Source: Fibrobacterales bacterium
GTDB taxonomy: Bacteria; Fibrobacterota; Fibrobacteria; Fibrobacterales; JAOPTW01
Reading direction: 5' to 3'
NCBI GenBank assembly: GCA_051532055.1
Contig: JAOPTX010000048.1
Span: 1-36,896 of the forward strand
Length of the DNA: 36,896 bases
Shown: one piece after another, positions 28,670-36,896 of the stretch
Layout of the letters: every line of letters begins with the position of its first letter
Position numbering within the stretch: the first letter of the stretch is position 1
Notes under the pieces: generated by a model
Database searches by the model: none
What the model saw: the letters and a program-made list of their open reading frames with translations, nothing else
Told to the model about the DNA's origin: nothing
Translations under genes and position numbers: made by a program

Positions 28670-29335
28670 TTAGTAGCTACTTTCAAGTGTAACAGTCATT
28701 GTTGCACTATATGTACCCGCAAGTAGTGCTGCTGTAGTCACATCAGTACCCGCAACCCAACTTCCTTGAAGCTCAATACTCGCATTTGTAGTTGGAGATG
28801 TTTGAGCAGCAAAAGCATTTGCAGCACCTTCGAGAATAATAGGTGAAGTTGCAAGGTCTACATAGTTACCTGCCGCTGCACCTGCTGCTTTTACACAACC
28901 AGTAAGTCCACCATTCACATCTGCTGCTGCCGTGATCACAAGCTCTACTGCTGCGCCACATGCACCACCAGCCGCGATCCCACCTGTAGCAGCATCCATG
29001 ACTCCACCATTTGAGTTAAAGAGACCAGCTCCCCACCCGACAGATCCATCAGTATCAAGTGCTAAATCTGTTAAAATATTTGTACCGCTAAATGCAACTG
29101 CTGCTGCATCAAAAGAAACATTAATTCTAAAACCAGGTGCGTTATTTGTAACAACAACTTCTGCCATTTTCAGAAGAGTCGCATCTGCTGAAAAGTCAAG
29201 AAGACGTTCAGGGTAAATGATTACTGATGAGTTCAACGGAATTTGACCACCCATTGATGCATCTGCTGCGTGAATTGTTCCTACACCTACCATTGCTGTA
29301 AGAGCTGCTGTTTTAATTAGTGTTTTAACGTTCAT
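28670..29335 (-). CDS. Major pilin subunit of a chaperone-usher pilus
   Basis: Signal peptide (IHA), Ala/Gly-rich body, C-terminal LAGTYSATMTVTL; strong AGGAGG RBS; first gene of the operon. Confidence 0.75.
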   Translation of the reverse strand: MNVKTLIKTAALTAMVGVGTIHAADASMGGQIPLNSSVIIYPERLLDFSADATLLKMAEVVVTNNAPGFRINVSFDAAAVAFSGTNILTDLALDTDGSVGWGAGLFNSNGGVMDAATGGIAAGGACGAAVELVITAAADVNGGLTGCVKAAGAAAGNYVDLATSPIILEGAANAFAAQTSPTTNASIELQGSWVAGTDVTTAALLAGTYSATMTVTLESSY

Positions 29336-29358
29336 TGAATCCTCCTAAGGGTTTTGAA

Positions 29359-29721
29359 CTTTGTTTGTGTCAACTTATACATGATACGGTATTGAAAAAA
29401 CGAATGCAATAGTTTTTTTTAGTTTTTAAAAAAAAATTACCTTTAGCTCTTTTTTCACATGGTGGAGGCGTTAGCGAAATTACTTCTTATTTAACAGAAA
29501 GCGCAATTTAACCCCCTTTGACCCTTTGAGGCAATAGGGCAAAAAAAAAGTACTGAACATGCTTATGCGCATACCTTTTTTGATCAACTTACAGTATTAC
29601 TTGAGCTTTTACTTTAGTCTTTGCGTGAGGTATTTGAAAAATAGTATACACTGCGGATTGCAGTGCATAAACAAAAAAGGAAACCCTCAGAGGAGATTGT
29701 TAGCTGTTGACACAAACAAAG
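29359..29721. repeat. Perfect 16-bp inverted repeat pair enclosing 331 bp upstream of the pilin
   Basis: CTTTGTTTGTGTCAAC (29359-29374) and GTTGACACAAACAAAG (29706-29721). Confidence 0.9.
29381..29409 (-). promoter_or_regulatory. Candidate sigma70 promoter of the pilus operon
   Basis: Minus strand TTGCAT-N17-TATCAT with upstream A/T tracts (UP-element-like); predicted +1 near 29374. Confidence 0.6.
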
Positions 29722-29741
29722 CCTCAGGAGAATTTCCTTTT
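29673..29741 (-). ncRNA. Candidate ~70-nt sRNA antisense to the pilin 5'UTR and SD
   Basis: Long imperfect hairpin ending in U6; candidate promoter GTGACA-N16-TATCTT (29772-29745); 29 nt complementary to the pilin leader. Confidence 0.5.
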
Positions 29742-29981
29742 ACTAAGATAGATATTACGGAACAATTGTCACGTAAATTTCCATTTACATTCTCTTATAT
29801 AGTAAAGATATTAAGCGTCATACGATTTGTGGGCTTTTTTTAGTAAGCTCAAAATTATTTACACGATTCAATTTCTTATTCAATTCATGACCTAATTCAA
29901 TTTACTTGATTATTTGCCCAATCTGTCTTACAATCAATAGGAACACACTTAATTTGGCCCTAAAAGGCCATTTATAACTGT

Positions 29982-32717
29982 ATGAAAAACATTACTGAAG
30001 AGATTACGCAGTTTGACATAACACCAGAACTACCCGCATATAGCACATGTCCGGTAAGTGGTCTTACGATAACAGAACTTCCTGAATATAAACAGGTCGC
30101 TATTGGGGAAAACTATTTCTTTAATATTCGTAAAATTGGTGACTCTATTCTCTATATTCAAAATAGAGGTAATCTCGCGGATGTTAATATGGCCCGCTAC
30201 TATGAACTCCTTGAACGGTTTATTAAAGAGACTCAGGTTGTAAAGCCCTATATAGAGATCCGAGATTTCTCTTATCTCAGTGGACGCATTAATAAATATG
30301 AGCTCTCTATCCAAAAGAATTATATCATCGATCACATCGATGACTCTTCTAATCTCATTCTCTGCCGATCCCCTTTCTGGACCAGAGCTATAGCCCAGGC
30401 CACCTTCAAAGCATTTAGCATTCCTTTACATTTTTATGCTGCCCCTACCTATGAAAAGTCTATTTGCTACGCACTTGAACGACTCAAACACACAAAAAGC
30501 AGTGGTTCTTATCGCATCGATTATGCAGATATCTTGTTTAATGAAAATTGGCAGTACACGAATCCCCAAAATACGTTCTCTTATACCAGTGGTATAATAC
30601 CAGGAACTCTTTTTTACTCTAAATTATCAGGTAATGGTACCCTTATAGATACCCAGAACGCTGCACAAACATTAGATACCGTATTCAGTGAAGGGGGGTT
30701 CACAGGAAAACAGTACTATCGTATCGTTGATTATTCTGAAATGGGTTCATCAACGATAGAAGCACGGCAAAAATATGGCAAAACTCTGGAGGCCATGTTT
30801 CTCAAATATAACTGTTCTCCAATGATTACTTATATATGCGGTGCAAACCTTAAGACAAAGATACTCCTCAAAATTTTTGCCACTATTGTGCACCATAACC
30901 TCGAATTCTGTACAACAATCTCCGAAGCCTTTGATCGTATCAACTCATTTAAACCTATAGCAGATGACTATGATACGGTATTCTCAGTCACTCAACGAGA
31001 TATCGATGAAACAAATTTCTTTTTTGGGAAATTGCTCTGGGAGCAAAATGAAAAGGATGGAATTCATCACCTCTCTCCAGATAATCCGCTGCATCAGCTT
31101 GACGAGACCTTCGAACTCGTAAAAAACGATGTGATCGCCCTTAGAGAAGCAGACCAACAACAGTCAGAAAATCTCAATAAAATTTTCGATTCTCTTGCGG
31201 TCGGAATTATGATTATTGATAGACACTCTCATGCTATTATACACGCGAATAACCAAGCGGAAATACTGACCACTGTCCCCAAGGAAGAAATGGAGAGAAT
31301 GCACGCAAATACGTATCTCAGTGATACCCTCATGGGGGTCATCAACGATTTCAGCAACTATCCTCATTCCCAAGTCGAAGGCCGAATCCTCTCCTCTGAT
31401 CAAGTTGAAATACCTGTTCTCTGCAGTATTCAAGAAATAGACTACAATCAGCACCCCAGCTATTTACTTTCATGTATGGACATTAGTGACCGAATTAGAA
31501 GAGAAGAAGAGATACAAAGTGTCAACGACGCATTAGAACAACAGACTGCCTATGCTACTGAGATGGCTGCTGAAGCAGGTGAGGCTAGTGTTGCAAAAAG
31601 TGAATTTCTTGCAAACATGTCTCATGAAATCAGAACTCCAATGAATGGCGTTATAGGTATGACTCACCTTCTTATGGATACTGAATTATCTGATAGCCAA
31701 CGGGAGTATGTCGAGGCACTCCAGTCAAGTGGTACATCACTATTGGCCATTATAAACGACATACTTGACTTCTCCAAAGTAGAAGCAGGCAAAATTGAAT
31801 TAGAACCTATCACTTTCAGTATACGAGCCCTCCTAACAGAACTCCAACGCTTTTTCACCCTCCAATCTACCCGTAAACCCATAGAAATAACGTTCTCCAT
31901 TGCTAATGATGTCCCCAATGAGATCATTGCCGATGAAACCCGGGTACGACAAATAATCAATAACCTTATGGGCAATGCAATTAAATTTACTGAAAATGGG
32001 GAAGTCACTCTTTTGGTTACTCTATCAAATCAACAACTCCTTTTTGCCATTTCTGATACTGGAATCGGTATCCCCAATGACAGAATTGACACACTCTTTG
32101 ATAAGTTTACCCAAGCAGATGGTTCTACTACTCGTAAATTTGGCGGCACTGGACTCGGGCTCACTATATCTAAGCAACTCTCTAATCTTATGGATGGTGA
32201 TATTGTTGTATCAAGCATATTAGGAGAAGGATCAACCTTTACATTTTACCTCCCCCTTACTTTACCCTCTGAAGAGGAACAACGCGGCACACCTTCTACA
32301 GATGAAACTCAAGAGAGTAGCATACAAATAATCCACAAATCACCCCACGAATGTACTATTTTGCTCGCCGAAGATAACGACATCAATGCTATGCTTGCAA
32401 CAGCTCTTATTCAAAAGCTCGGATATACCATTGATGTAGCAGCTGATGGTAAAAAAGCTCTCGATTCTTTGTCCAATAAAAACTATGACCTTATTTTAAT
32501 GGACCTTCAAATGCCTGAAATGGATGGTATCACCGCTACAGTAGCAATCCGTACCAGTAAAGAGTATCGTCAGTTCTCGCATATTCCTATCGTTGCCATG
32601 ACTGCAAATGCAATGGAACACGATAGACTCGCTTGCCATGAAGCTGGGATGGATGATTTTATTTCTAAGCCCCTTAATCCAGACGCACTCAAAGAAATTC
32701 TCCAAAAGTGGCTATAA
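29982..32717 (+). CDS. Cytoplasmic hybrid histidine kinase (duplicated N-terminal domain, PAS, HisKA, HATPase, REC)
   Basis: FLANMSHEIRTPMNG, NLMGNAIKFT, DTGIGI, GGTGLGL, LAEDN, LMDLQMPEMDG, FISKP. Confidence 0.93.
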   Translation: MKNITEEITQFDITPELPAYSTCPVSGLTITELPEYKQVAIGENYFFNIRKIGDSILYIQNRGNLADVNMARYYELLERFIKETQVVKPYIEIRDFSYLSGRINKYELSIQKNYIIDHIDDSSNLILCRSPFWTRAIAQATFKAFSIPLHFYAAPTYEKSICYALERLKHTKSSGSYRIDYADILFNENWQYTNPQNTFSYTSGIIPGTLFYSKLSGNGTLIDTQNAAQTLDTVFSEGGFTGKQYYRIVDYSEMGSSTIEARQKYGKTLEAMFLKYNCSPMITYICGANLKTKILLKIFATIVHHNLEFCTTISEAFDRINSFKPIADDYDTVFSVTQRDIDETNFFFGKLLWEQNEKDGIHHLSPDNPLHQLDETFELVKNDVIALREADQQQSENLNKIFDSLAVGIMIIDRHSHAIIHANNQAEILTTVPKEEMERMHANTYLSDTLMGVINDFSNYPHSQVEGRILSSDQVEIPVLCSIQEIDYNQHPSYLLSCMDISDRIRREEEIQSVNDALEQQTAYATEMAAEAGEASVAKSEFLANMSHEIRTPMNGVIGMTHLLMDTELSDSQREYVEALQSSGTSLLAIINDILDFSKVEAGKIELEPITFSIRALLTELQRFFTLQSTRKPIEITFSIANDVPNEIIADETRVRQIINNLMGNAIKFTENGEVTLLVTLSNQQLLFAISDTGIGIPNDRIDTLFDKFTQADGSTTRKFGGTGLGLTISKQLSNLMDGDIVVSSILGEGSTFTFYLPLTLPSEEEQRGTPSTDETQESSIQIIHKSPHECTILLAEDNDINAMLATALIQKLGYTIDVAADGKKALDSLSNKNYDLILMDLQMPEMDGITATVAIRTSKEYRQFSHIPIVAMTANAMEHDRLACHEAGMDDFISKPLNPDALKEILQKWL

Positions 32718-32748
32718 AAAAGCAGACTACCCTTCTGGACAGTCTGCT
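32716..32748 (-). terminator. Intrinsic terminator after pheT
   Basis: Minus strand AGCAGACTGTCC-agaa-GGGTAGTCTGCT followed by a U-tract. Confidence 0.78.
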
Positions 32749-32782
32749 AGAATAAAATTATTTAAAAAGATGCTCTACATTT

Positions 32783-35218
32783 TTAACGGTATTCTATATC
32801 TGGGTCTTCAGAAAGTTTTTGCGCAATACGTTCTTGTGCTTTATTAACCTCTTTGTCGGTTAAGGTATCATTACTCTGATAGCTAAACTGATACAGTACT
32901 GCTTTTTTGCCTTCTGGGACTCCTTCTCCAGTATAAATGCTTTTCAAGTCCACTGACACAAGGTTCTTCGCTCTAATGCCCGATACTTTATCTAAAATGG
33001 CCTGATGATCAAGTTTAAGATCTACCTGCATAGAAATCTCACGAGTCATCTTACCCCCTTTAAAGAATGGTTTAAAAGTTCTCACTTCTAAGCCTGTATC
33101 TATTATAGGGTCAAAATCAAACTCAAATACAACAGCACTCATTTTAATATCAAATGCTTTCTGAACAGCCGGGTGTAACTCACCGAATGAACCCAAAAGC
33201 CTATCCCCAAGATATACATCAGCTTGCTTATGGGGGTGCAGATACGATTCTCTATCAGAGCGTACGATGGATATATCAATATGGAGTTGCGAAAATAAAT
33301 TTTCAACAATTCCTTTAAGGTCCAAAAATGATGCTTGCGCTGGTTTATCCGGAACTGAAGTATAATCGAAGTCACCCGCAATAACACCAGAGATTATTTC
33401 TTTCTCTGTGGTACCTGGATCTCTATCGCTTCGTGCTTCTGAATTGTCAAAAAACGCTTTGGAAATTTCGAACAATCTCACTGCTTTCTCATGATTCTTT
33501 TCATTCTGTGCAACAGCATTGAGCATCGTTGGAATAAGTGACGTCTGCATCACTCCGAGCTCTTCACTTATAGGGTTTTTGAGGGCGACTACATTAGTGC
33601 GTGGGTCACCTTCTGGAAAAACCTTTTCAATATTTTTAACCGAATCAAACCGAAGAGAGAGTCCTTCACTTAATCCAGAAGCAGAAAGTGCTGCACGACT
33701 TGCACGACTAACACGTTCATTTTTGGGAAGTTCATTGAGTGCCAATTCAAAACTGGGGAAAATTGTTGGTATATCATCAAATCCAACTTTCTGAACGACT
33801 TCTTCAATAAGATCAACTTCTTGTTGAAGATCAGGACGATATCCAGGAATAAGAAAACTCACACTATCATCGGAGTCAGCAATTTTTTGTAGACCAATAC
33901 CTTCCATTAGAGAGATAACACGATCTTTGGGGACTTCAATACCAAGAATTCGTTTTATACGAGACATTCTTATAGATACAGTGTCTTGTCCACTTTTATG
34001 ATCGGGAGCAGTATCAACAATACTTCCTTTAAGAACTTCCCCTCCACACACATCGGCAATCATAGCAGCCGAAAGTTCTGATATCGCTTCTTGCTGAAAC
34101 GGACTAACACCACGTTCAAAACGATGTGATGCATCAGAATGTATCGAAAGTCTGCGTGCTTGTTTTCTTACAACTGAAGGTGTAAAATAAGCCACTTCTA
34201 AAAAGACATCTTTTGTAGTACCTGAAATTTCTGTTGACTCTCCACCCATCACACCACCAAGGCAGATTGGTTCTTCGCCATCACAGATAATCATATCAGT
34301 TTCGATAAGTTCACGTTCAACATGGTCAAGAGTAGTGAGCTTTTCACCTTCATTAGCATTTCGAACGATAATATTTTTTGTTTTTAGTGAATCATAATCA
34401 AAAGCATGAAGCGGTTGACCTGTTTTCATGAGAATAAAGTTAGTCACATCAACAACATTATTGATTGGGGTTATCCCCACTGTCAGTAAAAAGCGTTTGA
34501 GCCATGATGGACTTTCGCCAACGGAGACTCCTTTAATAATTCTACCAGTATACTTGGTACAACCACACTCTTCTTCAACCTCAATAGTAACTTTACCTTC
34601 TATAGACTCCGATGACTCAACCAATTCAAACTCAGGCATAGTAAGTTCTTTACCAAAGTATGCCGCAAGCTCACGAGCAATACCAATGTGACTTAATGCA
34701 TCAGGTCTATTAGGAGTAACGTTTACCTCAAATATGACATCGTAAAAACCGGGTAAACTATTGATTTTTGTTCCCGCTTCAAGGTTTTCATCTAACACCA
34801 TGATACCATCATGACTCTCACCGAGCCCAATTTCATCTTCAGCACAGATCATACCCAGTGATTCAACACCACGAATCTTGGCTTTTTTAATTTTAAAAGG
34901 CTTAGCACCGTCTTCTGTTGGAAGCTTTGACCCTACTGGAGCAAATACGACAGTCTGTCCCGCATCTACATTAGGAGCACCACAAACCACTTGAATTTCG
35001 TTGGTACCATCAAAAAGTTTGGTGACAGAAAGTTTATCTGCATCAGGGTGTTGTGTACGTTCACGTACTTTACCCACAATCAAATCACTATATGCTTCAC
35101 CTGTATTTTCTAATCCTTCAACTTCAAGACCAAGAGAGGTTAATGCAGCTTCAATTTTTTCAGGAGCTATTTCACTAAGGTCTACGTAACGCTGTAACCA
35201 GCTTAAACTTGCTAACAT
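32783..35218 (-). CDS. pheT: Phenylalanyl-tRNA synthetase beta subunit
   Basis: HPDADKL, VCGAPNV, TPNRPDALS, NNVVDVTN, GQPLHAFD, RFERGV, DLIEEV; C-terminal FDX-ACB domain. Confidence 0.98.
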   Translation of the reverse strand: MLASLSWLQRYVDLSEIAPEKIEAALTSLGLEVEGLENTGEAYSDLIVGKVRERTQHPDADKLSVTKLFDGTNEIQVVCGAPNVDAGQTVVFAPVGSKLPTEDGAKPFKIKKAKIRGVESLGMICAEDEIGLGESHDGIMVLDENLEAGTKINSLPGFYDVIFEVNVTPNRPDALSHIGIARELAAYFGKELTMPEFELVESSESIEGKVTIEVEEECGCTKYTGRIIKGVSVGESPSWLKRFLLTVGITPINNVVDVTNFILMKTGQPLHAFDYDSLKTKNIIVRNANEGEKLTTLDHVERELIETDMIICDGEEPICLGGVMGGESTEISGTTKDVFLEVAYFTPSVVRKQARRLSIHSDASHRFERGVSPFQQEAISELSAAMIADVCGGEVLKGSIVDTAPDHKSGQDTVSIRMSRIKRILGIEVPKDRVISLMEGIGLQKIADSDDSVSFLIPGYRPDLQQEVDLIEEVVQKVGFDDIPTIFPSFELALNELPKNERVSRASRAALSASGLSEGLSLRFDSVKNIEKVFPEGDPRTNVVALKNPISEELGVMQTSLIPTMLNAVAQNEKNHEKAVRLFEISKAFFDNSEARSDRDPGTTEKEIISGVIAGDFDYTSVPDKPAQASFLDLKGIVENLFSQLHIDISIVRSDRESYLHPHKQADVYLGDRLLGSFGELHPAVQKAFDIKMSAVVFEFDFDPIIDTGLEVRTFKPFFKGGKMTREISMQVDLKLDHQAILDKVSGIRAKNLVSVDLKSIYTGEGVPEGKKAVLYQFSYQSNDTLTDKEVNKAQERIAQKLSEDPDIEYR

Positions 35219-35227
35219 TTATCTACC

Positions 35228-36244
35228 CTACCACTGCTTTAAGAATCGGTTATCATTTGCGGTTAAAAGCCCAATCTCAGGAATTTGATATTTGAGCATT
35301 GTCATACGCTCAATACCAAATCCAAATGCAAAACCGGTATACTCTTCTGAATCAATATTTACTTTTTCGAGAACTGCAGGATTAACACTACCACATCCAC
35401 CAATCTCTATCCAGCCACACCCTTTACACACACGGCACCCTTTGCCACTACAAAATACACATGAGACATCCATCTCAGCAGAAGGTTCTGTAAACGGGAA
35501 ATAGGAAGGACGGAAACGAATATTTACATCTTTACCAAACATACTTTGTGCCCATAAAAAGAGCGTGCCCTTAAGATGTGCAAAAGAAATATCTTTGTCG
35601 ACGACGAGTCCTTCAACTTGAGAAAACATTGGCGCATGAGATGCATCCATATCTTTTCGATACACGTACCCAGGGGCAATTATTTTTAGAGGAGGTTGTG
35701 ATTCTTCCATTACATGAATCTGAATCCCCGATGTTTGAGTTCTTAATACTACTTCACTATCGATATAAAAAGTATCCTGCATATCACGTGCGGGATGATC
35801 TTCTGGAATGTTAAGCGCTTCAAAATTATAGAAATCAGTCTCAATTTCACGGCCCGCTTGAACGCTGAATCCCATCCCAAAAAAGAAATCAATAATTTGA
35901 TCGCGAACTAGCGTAACAGGGTGAGAACTTCCTGGTTCTATTCCATAGGCTTGTTTAGAGATGTCTTCATATCCTTTGTTCAAACTCTCAGAAAGCTTTC
36001 TCTTCTCTTCTTCTTCTAGAAGTGTTTCTACTTTCACCTCTATCTCTTTTCGGAGTATGTTTACTGCTTGACCAAACACAGGGCGCTCCTCTTGAGAAAG
36101 CCCCCCCATCTGTTTCATTAAACCAGTAACCAGGCCTTTTTTACCTAAGTACTTAACTTTTAATTCCTGAACAGAACCATTTGACTGTTCAATATCAGTA
36201 TTAAACTGATCAAGGATTTCCTGGGTGATTTCTTGTACGCCCAA
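35228..36244 (-). CDS. pheS: Phenylalanyl-tRNA synthetase alpha subunit
   Basis: HPARDMQDTFY, LRTQTS, FRPSYFPFTEPS, GFAFGFGIER; TTG start with GAGGAG RBS; CxxC-x-G-x-G-CxxC insert. Confidence 0.98.
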   Translation of the reverse strand: MGVQEITQEILDQFNTDIEQSNGSVQELKVKYLGKKGLVTGLMKQMGGLSQEERPVFGQAVNILRKEIEVKVETLLEEEEKRKLSESLNKGYEDISKQAYGIEPGSSHPVTLVRDQIIDFFFGMGFSVQAGREIETDFYNFEALNIPEDHPARDMQDTFYIDSEVVLRTQTSGIQIHVMEESQPPLKIIAPGYVYRKDMDASHAPMFSQVEGLVVDKDISFAHLKGTLFLWAQSMFGKDVNIRFRPSYFPFTEPSAEMDVSCVFCSGKGCRVCKGCGWIEIGGCGSVNPAVLEKVNIDSEEYTGFAFGFGIERMTMLKYQIPEIGLLTANDNRFLKQW

Positions 36245-36430
36245 AACCTACTCCTCTGCATTGTTATATAGCCATAATTGGCTAAAACCTTTAAATTTCA
36301 GCGTTAAAGTTAGAAAATTGATTTTAAAATTGGGATAATGATAAGGATTTCTGTCTGTTGCATTAATCCCTCCCAAAGTTACAATTCATCAAAGTATTTT
36401 TAAAACAAACATTTATACTTTAATAAAACC

Positions 36431-36463
36431 AAAAAAACGCAATAGGTAGAACCTATTGCGTTT
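36431..36463 (-). terminator. Intrinsic terminator after rplT
   Basis: Minus strand AAACGCAATAGGT-tct-ACCTATTGCG followed by U7. Confidence 0.88.
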
Positions 36464-36483
36464 CAAAAGTTTTGAGCGATTAC

Positions 36484-36837
36484 TTAAGCAGCAGCTTTAG
36501 CAGTCTTTACAACTTCTGCAAATGCAGCAGCATCGTTCATTGCAAGGTCAGCAAGTACCTTACGATTTAAATCGATATCAGCTTTATTGAGAAGATTGAT
36601 AAGATTAGAGTAGCTAACACCGTTGATACGGGCAGCTGCATTAATACGAGTGATCCATAATGAACGGAAGTCACCTTTCTTATCTTTTCTGTGCTCATAT
36701 GCATATTGACCAGCACGTTGTACTGCTTCAATAGCAAGCTTGAGGTTACTTTTACGACGACCGTAGTATCCTCTTGCAGATTTTAATATTTTCTTTCTTC
36801 TGGCGCGTGACGCGACTCTATTCTTAGCTCTTGGCAT
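36484..36837 (-). CDS. rplT: 50S ribosomal protein L20
   Basis: MPRAK...ARGYYG, FRSLWITRINAA, LNRKVLADLA. Confidence 0.98.
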   Translation of the reverse strand: MPRAKNRVASRARRKKILKSARGYYGRRKSNLKLAIEAVQRAGQYAYEHRKDKKGDFRSLWITRINAAARINGVSYSNLINLLNKADIDLNRKVLADLAMNDAAAFAEVVKTAKAAA

Positions 36838-36849
36838 TTTTTTCTCCGA

Positions 36850-36896
36850 TTAACCCAAGCAAAGCATGCGCTTAACTTTAAGTACGTCACTACCTG
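36850..36896 (-). CDS. rpmI: 50S ribosomal protein L35, C-terminal fragment cut by the window edge
   Basis: Minus strand reads ...GSDVLKVKRMLCLG*, directly upstream of rplT in the conserved gene order. Confidence 0.8.
   Translation of the reverse strand, partial: GSDVLKVKRMLCLG

Noticed and set aside
29395..29436. A/T homopolymer runs in and upstream of the pilin promoter as slipped-strand phase variation
   Set aside because: Runs of 6-9 nt are common in this AT-rich DNA and fit an UP element better
29650..29765. Plus-strand cluster of GGA motifs (CsrB-like sponge) and CAAAGCCTC (c-di-GMP-I riboswitch-like)
   Set aside because: The GGAs are not in separate hairpin loops, the GEMM P2/P3 architecture is absent, and the fold is better on the minus strand
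29559..29843. 94-aa plus-strand ORF in the pilin-kinase intergenic region
   Set aside because: No RBS, no recognisable domain, and it overlaps the structured regulatory element
1..36896. Short antisense or nested ORFs in the ORF track; CRISPR arrays, tRNA/rRNA genes, transposases and integrases
   Set aside because: The nested ORFs shadow well-supported genes; no spaced direct repeats, structural RNA genes or recombinase motifs were seen

Overview
A mostly housekeeping and envelope region of an AT-rich diderm bacterium. It is probably Fibrobacterota (inference from a TIGR02147-like HTH gene followed by a lipoprotein, a PorV/PorQ-like barrel and a PEGA protein). In order it contains: a UreH/NicO-like Ni/Co transporter; a porin-like outer-membrane protein; lolA-like and PorV-like genes; a minus-strand TPR / FliT-FlgN-like / FleS-like kinase / FleR-like sigma54 regulator module; hemC-hemD-hemL; a PEGA protein and folB; a divergent flagellin with a sigma28 promoter and a GGA-rich structured leader; glgC; an orphan MurC/Mpl-like ligase; a TIGR02147-like regulator and two lipoproteins flanked by repeated GTAATC motifs; a peptidoglycan-binding membrane protein; a four-gene chaperone-usher pilus operon; a hybrid histidine kinase; and pheT, pheS, rplT and partial rpmI. 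The most striking unannotated element lies upstream of the major pilin. A perfect 16-bp inverted repeat (29359-29374 / 29706-29721) extends, with only G-U-compatible mismatches, over the pilin Shine-Dalgarno. The distal copy sits in a ~70-nt hairpin with a U-tract and its own candidate promoter. This suggests a cis-linked antisense sRNA controlling pilin translation, or alternatively a fimS-like invertible promoter. No database searches were run; family calls rest on recognised motifs.
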